Shown here: positions 30,756 through 41,449 of the stretch, in pieces
Position numbering within the stretch: position 1 is the first letter of the stretch
How the letters are laid out: every line of letters starts with the position of its first letter
DNA from: Porphyridium purpureum
Lineage: Eukaryota
Direction: 5' to 3'
NCBI GenBank assembly: GCA_008690995.1
Contig: VRMN01000004.1
Span: forward strand, 62,001-126,000
DNA: 64,000 nucleotides
Position numbers and translations under genes: made by a program
Notes under the pieces: model-generated
What the model was told of the DNA's origin: nothing
Databases searched by the model: none
Seen by the model: the letters and a program-made list of their open reading frames with translations, nothing else

Positions 30756-31469
30756 AACAGCGCGCAGTCATTCACAGATACAAACGTCCTGACCGTCCCA
30801 CCACGTTGCACTCTCTCTGCTTCTCCACAAGAAACCTGCCTGGCCCTATTCAATCACCGCCCAGTCCACGCTCCTCTTTGTGCCGTGCGTCTCCTCCTGT
30901 TGTCCCTCCTCCGCGCCATTCACGTCCTCGCGCGAGCTCCTCTACCCCGATAGCTGCCTCTGCTCCTCCCTTTTGTTCTTCAGCTACAGCCGTCAATCCC
31001 ATTGCGACGGATCCCCATACGAGCGGACGCACACACACAGATATACCGCGTGCGCGCGCGTTGGTTGACTGCAGCCACCGCAGCGGCAGCAGCCATCTGT
31101 GCCGCAGTATCGCGGCTATCGTCATGTGCCTCTACCACACTGTTTCACACACGCCGCATCTGGAGCCGCAGCCAAGGCCACAACCAAGACCGCCCCGTCC
31201 GCACTGCTCCAACGCACGCACGCAAAAAAAGAAAAAATCGCGTCCCGCACCACCAACCACTTTCTCCAGTCCAAAACACCATCTGGCGCCCCATAAAACC
31301 GGCCGGTTTTACTACACAAACCGTTTATTCCCCAAAAAAAGACGCGCTTCACAACATGAAAGCAGGCGGTTCGAAAACCCGCACCACCAAAAGGGGACAA
31401 CAACACTCATAACGAGAACACGCGCGAAATCAAGATGGAGCGCACGCGCGTCAAAGCGCAGTCGTCGCC

Positions 31470-31497
31470 GTGTGTGTGTGTGTGTGTGTGTGTGTGT
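31470..31497. repeat. (GT)n microsatellite
   Basis: About 14 GT units. Confidence 0.95.
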
Positions 31498-31750
31498 AGG
31501 CGCGCGCAGATTTTCGCGGTGGGTTTGGACAAGTTCGCCGCAACATGGACGCACCACGCGGGTGCGGCGAGGCATGTTGGAGTAGGTTGTTCGTGGGGTT
31601 TCCCATGTTCTTTTCTTGGCGTTCGTTCTTGGTTTGGGCGAAAGGGAGGGGTGGGGGTTGCGGTGGCAGCGCTGTCGTGTGCGATTTCGAGAGATTTCCG
31701 GGACAAGCCGTTGACTGACGCGGAGGTACTGCATGACGTGGAACGCGCAA

Positions 31751-31777
31751 GTACAGTAAGTACAGTAATAGTACAGT
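31751..31777. promoter_or_regulatory. Triple GTACAGT motif
   Basis: GTACAGT at 31751, 31760 and 31771, upstream of mgs. Confidence 0.5.
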
Positions 31778-32173
31778 GCGGAATGGGTCGGGGTGGTGGT
31801 GGTGGATTTGGCATGGCGTGCGCGTTCGATGGTGTTCTCAGCACGTCGCTGAACGGGCGTGCCTGACCAGGATGGTGTCATTGTCTGAGTGGCGAGCGCC
31901 GCCGCTCTCGCTCGCCTGCTTGGTGCGCGGGTGACACCGCGTCGCGATGAAAATCGGCGGCACCTCGGCGAGTGCCACATCCGTACGTTTCCCAGCCGGG
32001 CAGCTGAAAGTGACCCTGGGAAAGCCTCGTGCCTGCGTCCAACGCATGTGCTCGGCCGGGTACAGGACCCACATCCCAGCACTTGCATACGCAAGCCCAT
32101 GACGTCACTAGCTCATCATACAAAAGCAATGTAAAACCTTTATGTAAATGCACAGACCATAGACATCGTATAT

Positions 32174-33295
32174 TCAAACGACCGAAAGCGCGGACGCGAC
32201 ATCCAGCTCGGTTTTCACTGCCGCGGCGGCCGCAACGACAGACGGGTCGGTTCCTGCGCGGCTGCCTGATGCCTTGGATTTCTGCCGTGGCAGGCCAGGC
32301 GTTGCCAAACGCTTGTTGGTGTGGCCATCAGCGCTGCCCAGGCTGAGACCGATCAGAAATGGGCTCACCGAGCTATTCTGGCGCGAAAAGCTCGTGCCCA
32401 TATCACGGTTGGGCTCCGCAGGAGGTGAGCGCAGGCCCTCAGACGTCTGGCGGCGGTGAAGCGCCGGCAGGAGGTCGGCCTTGGACGACGAGTGGCTCAG
32501 CAAGCTGGTGCCCTGCCGCCTGAAAAAACTGCCTTCTCGCTCCACCACTGGCTCGTCTACGCCACCGAAGCCCCCTCCACTAGCAGGCTCCGTCATGTCA
32601 AACCCAACCTGCAGGACTCGTTTGCGCATCGCCGCAGACAGCGACGCAAAGAACACGTTTCGGATGCGGTCGTTCTCCACAATTGTGCACTTCTTCAGCA
32701 CAGTCTGGAAATCAAGCGCGAGCGCCGCAATCGCGTTCACGCGGCCGTGTTCCTCAAATTTGTTCAGCGCAAACGTCACCAAGAATTCCCAGTCGTTCCC
32801 AGCGCAGGCAAGGATCCTCGCCGCGAGATCTGCCGGCAAGTGGCGCTCTACCGGCCCCAGCACATCAAAGTCTGCGCGAAACAACGTGTCAATGCTCTTG
32901 GTCCATGCGTCCAGGCACTCGGCCATCATCGTGCTATCGTCGCGCATCGCGCCGAGCAACTCGTTGCGCGTGCGCAGCTCATTCTCGAGAAGGTCCCGCA
33001 GCATCATCCTCGAGCACAGTTTGTTAAACTGCGTGTCGCAGATGGAATACCAGCCACACATCTGATACACGGCGTAATTATCCATGGCACGCGCGAGCTT
33101 TTTCACTTCCTTGGCCAGCCCGTCGACGTTGCCGACGGGCACCTGCGTGGTGAGCGCAAAGCGACAGTCGAGCATCCCAAGTCTTACAGCCGCATACACA
33201 GCCCGGTTCCAAAAGAAGGCATGGACTTCATCATCAAAGTATCGCACGCGCGAGGGCTCCATGCCCAGCGTCGGCGCAAGTTGAATGTCCTCCAT
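32174..33295 (-). CDS. Hypothetical protein (373 aa; helical N-domain, Ser-rich tail)
   Basis: Long ATG-initiated ORF with host-like codon usage; no family recognised. Confidence 0.7.
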   Translation of the reverse strand: MEDIQLAPTLGMEPSRVRYFDDEVHAFFWNRAVYAAVRLGMLDCRFALTTQVPVGNVDGLAKEVKKLARAMDNYAVYQMCGWYSICDTQFNKLCSRMMLRDLLENELRTRNELLGAMRDDSTMMAECLDAWTKSIDTLFRADFDVLGPVERHLPADLAARILACAGNDWEFLVTFALNKFEEHGRVNAIAALALDFQTVLKKCTIVENDRIRNVFFASLSAAMRKRVLQVGFDMTEPASGGGFGGVDEPVVEREGSFFRRQGTSLLSHSSSKADLLPALHRRQTSEGLRSPPAEPNRDMGTSFSRQNSSVSPFLIGLSLGSADGHTNKRLATPGLPRQKSKASGSRAGTDPSVVAAAAAVKTELDVASALSVV

Positions 33296-33965
33296 GACAC
33301 CTATTGCAGAGCCTTTTCGTTGCCCTGTGCTTCCTGCCCTTCTGCACCTTGCCGATTTGTCCTGGATTGCAGACGACTACCTGGTGCCTAGCCGCGAGAT
33401 CTTTCCGTTGCTGTCGTCTACCGGGGCGCGGTTTTTATACGCAGTCTGCGGTGCGCGGCTGCGTGCAGACTGGGGGGAACCACTGCATCAGCAACAACAT
33501 CAACATCAACGCACGGGACGCGAATTCGGGTGAGGCTGGACGAACCAGGCTCACGACAACGTGAGACCGAGGCCAAGCGCCATCGCCATGTGCACACACG
33601 TGGAGCCATGCGCTGGCAGCGCCGCGCGCCGGTTCTCGGAACGTGGGCCGCGCAACGGCTTGCCAACAGCGTTTTCCCTGGGCGTCACCGTTTCGCCACG
33701 CACGCTCGCGTCCCCGTGCGACTGGGCGGTGTATCCGGCCGCCTAAAAATAGATCCGAGCGGGTCCATACTGAAATGGCACCATTTAATCAGCGCCACTT
33801 CCAGCGCATGGTTTAACGTATTATTTAATGCCGTGCCCACGTTATTTAATAATAAAATTAATATCGCTCGATCTCGCCCGCTCGAGATTTTGGGCGTTGA
33901 CGCGATTGGAAGGTGCGTGCCCGCGCTTCTGTTTGTTGCCAGGATTGACGGCTCACACAGGCGCC

Positions 33966-34673
33966 ATGGCATTTGGATATCCGTGTTCGTTGAGCGTGCG
34001 CGCAAGCTCATTCAGTGGTCGCGCGCGATCGCAGGCGGGGCTGCGCGAACGGGCCGGGCTCGCGTCGGCCAATGGCCCTCGCATGTGTCAGCAGCGTGGT
34101 GAGTCTGGCAAACATGGCGTCATGCGTCCGTCTCGAGATCTTAGGACAAGACGAGATGTGCTTGCTGCGACAGCGGCCGTGGCGGCGGCTGCGCTGACGC
34201 AAGGGACAAGGATCCAAGGTGCGTCGGCGCGACCGGAAGGCGTGAACAAGCCGGAATTGCTGCCGCCGGGCCCCATGAAGAAAGTCATCGACCTGGAAAA
34301 TTATCTGACAAGCGGCGAGGAGGCGTTTCTGACAAATGAGATTGAGCGGATTGAGAAGAAAAAGGGCGTCAAAATCCGCGTACTGACCCAAAAGTACCCC
34401 AGCACGCCAGGCGCAGCTATCAAAGACTACTGGTCAGTGGACGACGACACCATCGTGCTCGTTTGCGACTACTTTGGCGGCAACGGCAACTTGCTCAAGT
34501 TTAATGTCGGGGACAACGTGTACAAGGTGCTGCCGCCGCGCTTCTGGAGCCTGCTCGCCTCGCAGTATGGCAACAAGTTTTACATCCAGAAGAATGGCGA
34601 GGATCTGGCCATTCTGAACTCGCTCCAGCGCGTCGGCGAGTGCCTGTTGGGCGGCGGCTGTATGACACCTTAG
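33966..34673 (+). CDS. TPM-domain thylakoid lumenal 15 kDa protein 2-like
   Basis: MAFG transit peptide, Tat motif TRRDVL, ASA cleavage site, mature ARPEGVNKPELLP..IRVLTQKYPSTPG..GNLLKFNVG. Confidence 0.88.
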   Translation: MAFGYPCSLSVRASSFSGRARSQAGLRERAGLASANGPRMCQQRGESGKHGVMRPSRDLRTRRDVLAATAAVAAAALTQGTRIQGASARPEGVNKPELLPPGPMKKVIDLENYLTSGEEAFLTNEIERIEKKKGVKIRVLTQKYPSTPGAAIKDYWSVDDDTIVLVCDYFGGNGNLLKFNVGDNVYKVLPPRFWSLLASQYGNKFYIQKNGEDLAILNSLQRVGECLLGGGCMTP

Positions 34674-34762
34674 AATCTAGATTCAGTTTCACTTTCTTGG
34701 TCTATGAAAAAATTCGATGGCTGTGTCATCGTCTATTAGCAAATACGTGTGGACTACGGCTC

Positions 34763-36058
34763 TCACACCGCAGGCATCACGCCAGGCTTTCTCGTTCGTT
34801 CAGTGATTCGCGGCGGCGTGTGTCCGCTGGCCGGCATTGAAGGCGTGAACACCTGCTCCTTGCTGTAAGGATCAAATCCCACTGCGCTACTTTCGCTGGA
34901 GCGATTCCTAGAGCGCGACTCGCCGCGCTGGAGAATCGGAATTCGGACTCGCGCGCCGAGCGCCGAATGCCCGCCATCAGACACGCTCAGATGGCGCTGA
35001 ATGCGATGCGTGGCTAGCGGTGAACTGCAGTCGGGCTCGGCGCGCCGACCCACACGCGCAGTGCTCGGACCGTCGTCCACTCTAGGAGCACCGGCCGGAG
35101 CAAGCTTCTGCGACTCTTGGGGCACAAACACGTGCTCCTTGTCGAACGGATCGAAGCCTGGCTGAGCGTGTCCGGATGCATTTACAAGTTTGGAGTCCGC
35201 GAGCTGGGCAAACGGAAGGCGGAAGCGGGAAGCCGACCCGCCGTGACTATTCAGTCGTGGCGGGCGCCTGTCGCCGTCCAGCGAGGTGGCTTCGCCCTTG
35301 GCCGCAAACTCGCCCAGCCTTGGCGAGTGTAAACCGCTACCACCCGAGCTCTTGGGCACGTGGTGCAGACTTTTCAGCAAGCTGGAGCCCGAGCGCAGGA
35401 ACGAGTGCTTGGAACTAGCGCCGGTCTTGGACAGACGTGGGCTTCCTCCGCCATTTGCGTACAAGTATGACGCGGACCGTGGCGGTACGTCCGCGTCGAC
35501 CACAGCAAAGCTACCAAACTGCACTCGCTTGGGGCTGCTTATGCTGCTGTTTCCAGAGTCAGTACGACTGGACAGGGGCACGGGAGAAACCGCCGGCCTG
35601 CCTTGGTATTCGTCGCCCGGAACGGGCGATTCGTGCGTGTGAAGCACTTCAAGAGAAGTCCTATTGATCGACGACGAGCGCGACCAGTCGTCGCGCGCAT
35701 CCTGCAATCCTCGGGGAACAAAGTCGAGACTGCCCTTTCGCGGCACACTGTCTGGCTGCTCCAGCAATGTTTCCTCTCTTCGTGGTAATGGTATTGCTAC
35801 AGTCTGCTCGGTGAATTTCCCAGGTGGAACAGCCGGACTTCTTTCCTCAGTATCGCTGCAGCTGCTACCTCGCTCGTCGATGTGGATGTCCTCGTTTTCG
35901 TCCTCATCGCTGCTGCTGGTGAATCCGCCCAGCGTGTAGAGCTGCTGCGCAACCGACAGGTCTGACCGGTTCAAGTTGGTGTTGCGACACACCTCGAGCT
36001 CCAACTCGGTGAAGCCCTCCTCGCAGGCGTCCTTGGATTTGTAAAGAAGCCGGCGCAT
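34763..36058 (-). CDS. Hypothetical Ser-rich disordered protein (431 aa; true start may be upstream)
   Basis: Long ORF; duplicated GFDPF/YxKExVFxP motif; no family recognised. Confidence 0.65.
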   Translation of the reverse strand: MRRLLYKSKDACEEGFTELELEVCRNTNLNRSDLSVAQQLYTLGGFTSSSDEDENEDIHIDERGSSCSDTEERSPAVPPGKFTEQTVAIPLPRREETLLEQPDSVPRKGSLDFVPRGLQDARDDWSRSSSINRTSLEVLHTHESPVPGDEYQGRPAVSPVPLSSRTDSGNSSISSPKRVQFGSFAVVDADVPPRSASYLYANGGGSPRLSKTGASSKHSFLRSGSSLLKSLHHVPKSSGGSGLHSPRLGEFAAKGEATSLDGDRRPPRLNSHGGSASRFRLPFAQLADSKLVNASGHAQPGFDPFDKEHVFVPQESQKLAPAGAPRVDDGPSTARVGRRAEPDCSSPLATHRIQRHLSVSDGGHSALGARVRIPILQRGESRSRNRSSESSAVGFDPYSKEQVFTPSMPASGHTPPRITERTRKPGVMPAV

Positions 36059-37698
36059 GGTGTTTGTAGACTGAAGACTTGGAACGAGTGCGAGTCCGCA
36101 CTGAATTCACGACGGTGTTTGCGAGCAGCTGCTTGTCCTTGGCCACATACATGCGCATGCCCCAGCCTGGCGCGGTCCCGCGAGAAATGCACGAGTTCAA
36201 AAACCGTGCTGAGCGGGCGCAGCACTGTCTCACTTGTTGCGGTAGGTCTGCTTGGCTGCGGCGTGCCGTGCTCTTTATGTACGCGTCTTGGCGCTCGTGC
36301 CCGAATGGGATCGATGCAACCCAACTGGTGACTCGGTCTTCCCCGTTCTTCGCGCTAAAAATACCACTCCGACAGCTTACGGCGCGGCATGTCGCGTAAT
36401 GCCCGCAAGATTTACACTCGGCCGGTTCTGACGCTGGGTGCAAGCGCCGCGCGAGGTGTGGCGGGAGTAGACTCAGGCTGTGAACTCAAGAACTGGGGGT
36501 TTTCCACGACACAGGCCGGCGCCAGCACGAGCCAAGCGACCACCGCACGCCACGCCTCGACTTATCCGGCGACCTCACCACAGTCAAATACGTAGACGCG
36601 TCGAGCAACCGACAGGAGCCACCTCGCCTCACATGGCCGGCGAGAAGGGCAGACTCTTACAACCGACATACAGATCAGCAGCGCTGTTGCCACGCCAATT
36701 CCAAGTCGCACAATCAGCAGTCAGCCCCTTCCCCCCGTTTCCACCTCAACTTGCACCACGCACGTCATCTCCACTGCCAGCCCCCCCCACCTCAAACCCA
36801 CCACTGTACGCAACACGCACACCACTGTACCGCCACATCCTCAAAGTACAGCGCTGTACCGCGTGCATTTGGGAAGTTGCGGTGCCGATACGGCAAAGCC
36901 GATGACCGCATATCAAAAACGCCGCGCGCGCACGCTTGCACAAGAAAAACGCCGCAAAGCCGCGACGAATCTCAAAGCGTCTTTTTGTGTGTGTTTATAT
37001 GTATGTAAAAGCAGGTCGTTTAGGTAGAGGTGCATGGCTGGAGCGGGGAATGGTGTTGCGTCGTCGTGCACACACGCACCAAAAAATCGGGAAGACCCAA
37101 AAAAGAAAAAAGGAAGGCGGCGCCATGTACAGTGATTGCTGTACTATGATGTGATAGCGAGCGGCTGTTTTGATATAAAGTGCGGCGAGCTGTCCTTGTT
37201 GGGCTAGGGGTTGAGTTGGAACGCTAGTGCAAAGTGGTTACACTGGCGACGCGCGAAATGATCTATCGGGCGCGCTTTGCTATGCAAAACCAGCGGTTGA
37301 CGGTTCTCGCCGAATCGGCATTGGGAGGGGAAGAAGGAGGTGGGGGGGGACCAACGCTGCGGGGTTGGTATGTAAACACGCGCGTTTTGGTAGAGTAGGC
37401 GGAAACCCTACCGGCACGCGGGCGAGCCATGTTTGTTTTGGCGACTGTGGTGGTGACTGCGAGTCTGCGGCTTGCGGCTTGCGGCAGCTCGCGCGGTGTA
37501 TAAGAAGCCGGTGGAGTTTGTGTGGAGGGTTGGACGGGCGCGGTCGTGGTAGGACAGTCAATCATATCAAGGTCAGAGAAGGTGGAATACCGTCGTGGAT
37601 CTTGCCTTGTGTTTGAGTAGCAAGACGAATTTGAGGGGTCGAGGAAGAGGCCGCTCAGAGGGAACGGGGGGCGTGGTTGGTGTCGCAGCCCAGCAAGC

Positions 37699-39000
37699 AT
37701 GTGCGAGGGGAAGCGACAGCCGGCGTCGGAAAAGACGGCGCAGGTTGTCAAATGCGCGGAACACGAGTTTGATCATGACAAGGGCGCTGTGTTCGAGAAG
37801 ACAAAGGCAAGCAAGTTTGTTGTGGAGCGGGACCTGCGCGAGCTGCCGGTGCTCCAGCGCATCAACTGGTTGTCGACGTTCATCATCTTGACCCCGCTCG
37901 TCGCGTTCCTCGTCGGAAGCATGTTTGTGCCGCTCAAGATGCCCGTGCTGATCATGTCTATCTTGCAGTACTTGCTCACGGGCTTGGGAATCACCGGCGG
38001 GTATCACCGGCTTTGGTCGCACCGCGCGTACAAAGCGTCGTGGCCCGTGCAGTTTGTCCTGGCCATGTGGGGTGCCGCGGCGTTTGAGGGCTCGGCGCGC
38101 TGGTGGTGCCGCAACCACCGTGCTCACCACAGGTACGTCGACACGGATCAGGACCCGTACGCCGTGCACAAGGGCTTTTGGTACGCGCACGCCGGGTGGA
38201 TGATCCTCAAGCAGGACGGGCGCAAGAGTGGACGCGTCGACATCTCGGACCTGAATGAGAACCCACTGCTCAAGTTCCAGCACAAGAACTACCTGCCGCT
38301 CGCTCTGGGCTTTGGCTTTGTGCTGCCGTGCGTGATCGGACATTTTGCGTTCAACGACTTTTGGGGCGCGCTTGTCTACGCGTGCTTTGGTCGCATGTTC
38401 TTCGTACACCAGGCGACGTTCTGCGTCAACTCGCTGGCGCACTACTGGGGTGAACAGCCGTTCAGCAAGGGGCACACGAGCTTTGACTCGATCATCACTG
38501 CGTTTGTGACGCTGGGCGAGGGCTACCACAACTACCATCACGAGTTCCCGCACGACTACCGCAACGGCATCCAGTGGTACCAGTACGATCCGACCAAGTG
38601 GATTGTGCGCTTCTTGTCATGGTTCGGGCTGACGTACGAGCTTGTGCGTCTGCCAAATAACGAAATCAAGAAGGCGCGGGTGCAGGTCAAGCAGCAAGAA
38701 CTGGACGAGATCAAGCAAACAATCGACTGGGGCGTCGATGTGGAGACTCTACCTCGCATGACGTGGGCTCAAATTATCGAGCGCACGGAGGCCGGTGAGA
38801 AGCTGATTGCCATTGACGATATTGTGTACAAGATCGACAAATTCCTGCCGTCGCACCCAGGTGGCGAGAAGATCCTGGTCTTCTGGAACGGTCGCGACGC
38901 AACGCGCGCGTTCAACGGCGAGGTGTACAAGCACTCAAAGTCTGCGCGCAACCTCATGGCACACTACCGCCACGCCCGCCTCGTCGAGAAGCAAGAATAA
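37699..39000 (+). CDS. OLE1: Acyl-CoA delta-9 desaturase with C-terminal cytochrome b5 (OLE1 type)
   Basis: His boxes HRLWSH, HRAHH, HNYHH; b5 motif HPGG..DAT..F...H. Confidence 0.96.
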   Translation: MCEGKRQPASEKTAQVVKCAEHEFDHDKGAVFEKTKASKFVVERDLRELPVLQRINWLSTFIILTPLVAFLVGSMFVPLKMPVLIMSILQYLLTGLGITGGYHRLWSHRAYKASWPVQFVLAMWGAAAFEGSARWWCRNHRAHHRYVDTDQDPYAVHKGFWYAHAGWMILKQDGRKSGRVDISDLNENPLLKFQHKNYLPLALGFGFVLPCVIGHFAFNDFWGALVYACFGRMFFVHQATFCVNSLAHYWGEQPFSKGHTSFDSIITAFVTLGEGYHNYHHEFPHDYRNGIQWYQYDPTKWIVRFLSWFGLTYELVRLPNNEIKKARVQVKQQELDEIKQTIDWGVDVETLPRMTWAQIIERTEAGEKLIAIDDIVYKIDKFLPSHPGGEKILVFWNGRDATRAFNGEVYKHSKSARNLMAHYRHARLVEKQE

Positions 39001-39434
39001 GGAAGAAAGTGCGGCGCGGTTGTACGATGATCGCCTTTCAATTCCAATCCGCTGGAGTGTGGAAATAATTAATGTATGGGACTCTCTGTGACCAGTCCTG
39101 CAAAGTCTTAGCCACGAGCAGTGTCGCTATTGCGATGGTCATCAAGTAAATGTAACGGGAAAGTCCTCTCGAAGAAGAGCCGAAGCCAAGTGAGGAATCG
39201 GTCACGGCCGGGCAAGCCGCTTCGGCGAGCATGTTGTCAGGCTTCGAATCAGGTCACGATCCAACTTCCGAACTCTCTCTGGGCGCGTCACCTCACGCAG
39301 TCGTGCGTGCGCCCCTAATAAATTATGGCGCCTTCTTACAAAATTGGCATTGCAAGTTTCTTCGTAGCGGGTTGGCGCAATCTCCGAGGTCGGCGCCGTG
39401 TGAGACTCGCGCGCGGTGGCAGCAGCGGTTATCC

Positions 39435-41222
39435 ATGTCGGCGTTTGTGTTTGGTTCCGGCGGCTGCCACTATGCTTTGCGGCATGCCGCCGAGCAGAGA
39501 TGCGCGTGTGTATGTGGCGGCTGGACAGGCGCGTCGCGCGCCGCGGGCACCGCACGCACGACATCGCGCGCCCTAAGTCATACGCTGTTCGTACGGTGTG
39601 CGTCCGCCGCGTCGTCGTCAACCCCCGCATCTTCTTCGTCTGACGCAACTCAAACGCAGACAAAGAAGCAGCAAGGCGGGAAACCAAACACAGGCGGCCC
39701 GGCTGCGAGCGCACAGCAACAAGGCATTAGCTCGCGCGCAAACGACTACTCGCAATGGTATTTGGATGTGCTCGCCGCGGGCGAGCTGGTGGATACCTCG
39801 CCCGTCAAGGGATGCATGGTGATCCGGCCGCACGGATTCGCAATCTGGGAATTCATGCGCGATTGGCTTGACGCGCGGCTCAAGGCGCGCGGTGTGCAAA
39901 ACGCGTACTTTCCGATCTTCATCCCCCAGTCGTTCCTGAGCAAGGAGGCCGAGCACGTCGAAGGCTTTGCCAAGGAGTGCGCCGTGGTGACGCACCACAG
40001 GCTACGCGTAGCGGCAGACCCGGGTGCCAACAATGGCCAGGTGCTGGAAGTGGATCCTGACGCAAAGCTGGAGGAGCCGCTGGTGGTGCGACCAACGTCC
40101 GAGACCATCATTTGGAACATGTTCCAACGCTGGATCTCGTCGTACCGCGAGCTGCCCTTGCTCATCAACCAGTGGGCCAACGTTGTCCGGTGGGAAATGC
40201 GCACCCGGCCCTTTTTGCGAACAACCGAGTTTCTTTGGCAAGAGGGACACACCGCACATGCCTCGGCTGAGGAAGCGCTGTCGTACGCACGCGACATGAT
40301 TGATGTCTATGCCGAGCTCTGCGAGAATATGCTGGCCATGCCTGTGGTAAAGGGCATCAAAAGCCCCTCCGAGCGCTTTGCCGGCGCCGAAGAGACATTT
40401 ACGATCGAAGGGCAGATGCAAAACGGCTGGGCGCTTCAGTGCGGCACGTCTCATTTCCTGGGTCAGAACTTTGCGCGTGCGTTTGACGTGTACTTTATGA
40501 ATCAAGAAGAGAAACGGGAGCTTGTCTGGGCAACGAGCTGGGGCGTATCAACGCGACTGATGGGCGCGTTGATCATGACGCACTCGGACGACACGGGTTT
40601 GGTGCTGCCGCCCAGCGTCGCCCCCGTCCAGGTCATTCTCATACCGATTTTCAAGAATGCAGAAACGAAGGCACAGGTTGGAGCGTACGTATCGTCGCTA
40701 CGCGAGCGGCTTCTACGTCACGGCGTTCGCGTCAAGGTGGATGACCGTGAGAACGTGCGCCCTGGTGCCAAGTATTTTGAGTGGGAGCGCAAGGGCGTGT
40801 GCTTGCGCATGGAAGTGGGCCCGCGCGACATGGAGAAGAACCAAACGTACTGCGCGTCACGCACGCGCAAGGACAAGTTTTCGATTCCAGTGGATGAGCA
40901 GTTTGAACGCAGCGTGCTTGAAAAGCTCTCTTCCATCCAGCGTGACATGCTTGAGACGGCCAAGGCGCGCGTCGCCGCACGCACCTTCCGCGTGGACTCG
41001 TACGACGAAATGAAGCAGATGCTTTCAGCTGGCGCGGACAATGCTGGTTTTTACATCGTACCATGGAAGTGCGACGCTGACAACGAAAGGCAAATCAAGG
41101 AGGAGTGCAAAGCCACCATCCGATGTTACCCCATGGACATGCAGCACGAAGTCCAAGGGAAGGTGTGCTTCTACTCCAACGAACCTGCGACGCACATGGC
41201 AATCTTTGCGCGCGCATACTAG
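39435..41222 (+). CDS. proS: Prolyl-tRNA synthetase, organellar (plastid/mitochondrial)
   Basis: DYSQWY, VKGCMVIRP, RPTSET, QWANVVRWEMRTRPFLRTTEFLWQEGHT, GTSHFLGQNF, C-terminal FARAY; MSAFV transit peptide. Confidence 0.96.
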   Translation: MSAFVFGSGGCHYALRHAAEQRCACVCGGWTGASRAAGTARTTSRALSHTLFVRCASAASSSTPASSSSDATQTQTKKQQGGKPNTGGPAASAQQQGISSRANDYSQWYLDVLAAGELVDTSPVKGCMVIRPHGFAIWEFMRDWLDARLKARGVQNAYFPIFIPQSFLSKEAEHVEGFAKECAVVTHHRLRVAADPGANNGQVLEVDPDAKLEEPLVVRPTSETIIWNMFQRWISSYRELPLLINQWANVVRWEMRTRPFLRTTEFLWQEGHTAHASAEEALSYARDMIDVYAELCENMLAMPVVKGIKSPSERFAGAEETFTIEGQMQNGWALQCGTSHFLGQNFARAFDVYFMNQEEKRELVWATSWGVSTRLMGALIMTHSDDTGLVLPPSVAPVQVILIPIFKNAETKAQVGAYVSSLRERLLRHGVRVKVDDRENVRPGAKYFEWERKGVCLRMEVGPRDMEKNQTYCASRTRKDKFSIPVDEQFERSVLEKLSSIQRDMLETAKARVAARTFRVDSYDEMKQMLSAGADNAGFYIVPWKCDADNERQIKEECKATIRCYPMDMQHEVQGKVCFYSNEPATHMAIFARAY

Positions 41223-41449
41223 AATGTGCCACCGAGTATGGACAATGTGATTTGTGGTTGCGTGGATGGTACGCAAAGCTACCGTGCTGTTTCCTCAGAC
41301 ACAAGCGCAAACACAGAAAAAAAATGCGTGCACGCACGGACAAAATAAATAAAATCGGAATGGATTTCGTGTACTCGAAGAAACATGTTCCGTCCGGCAG
41401 GCCATTCCTGAGTGCGTCAATCCGTGCACTCACGCGTCTCAGTTCTCCT

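Noticed and set aside
30806..32100. ORFs of 259 and 262 aa upstream of mgs
   Set aside because: Low-complexity translations crossing microsatellite and A-tracts; promoter/UTR-like.
36071..36233. Possible intron (GTGAGA...CTTCAG, minus strand) extending the 34763-36058 gene upstream
   Set aside because: The join is in frame, but the putative upstream exon has no ATG; needs transcript data.
37573..38553. Long antisense ORFs (also 55774-57066, 44546-45538, 32456-33391)
   Set aside because: Shadows of GC3-rich genuine genes on the opposite strand.
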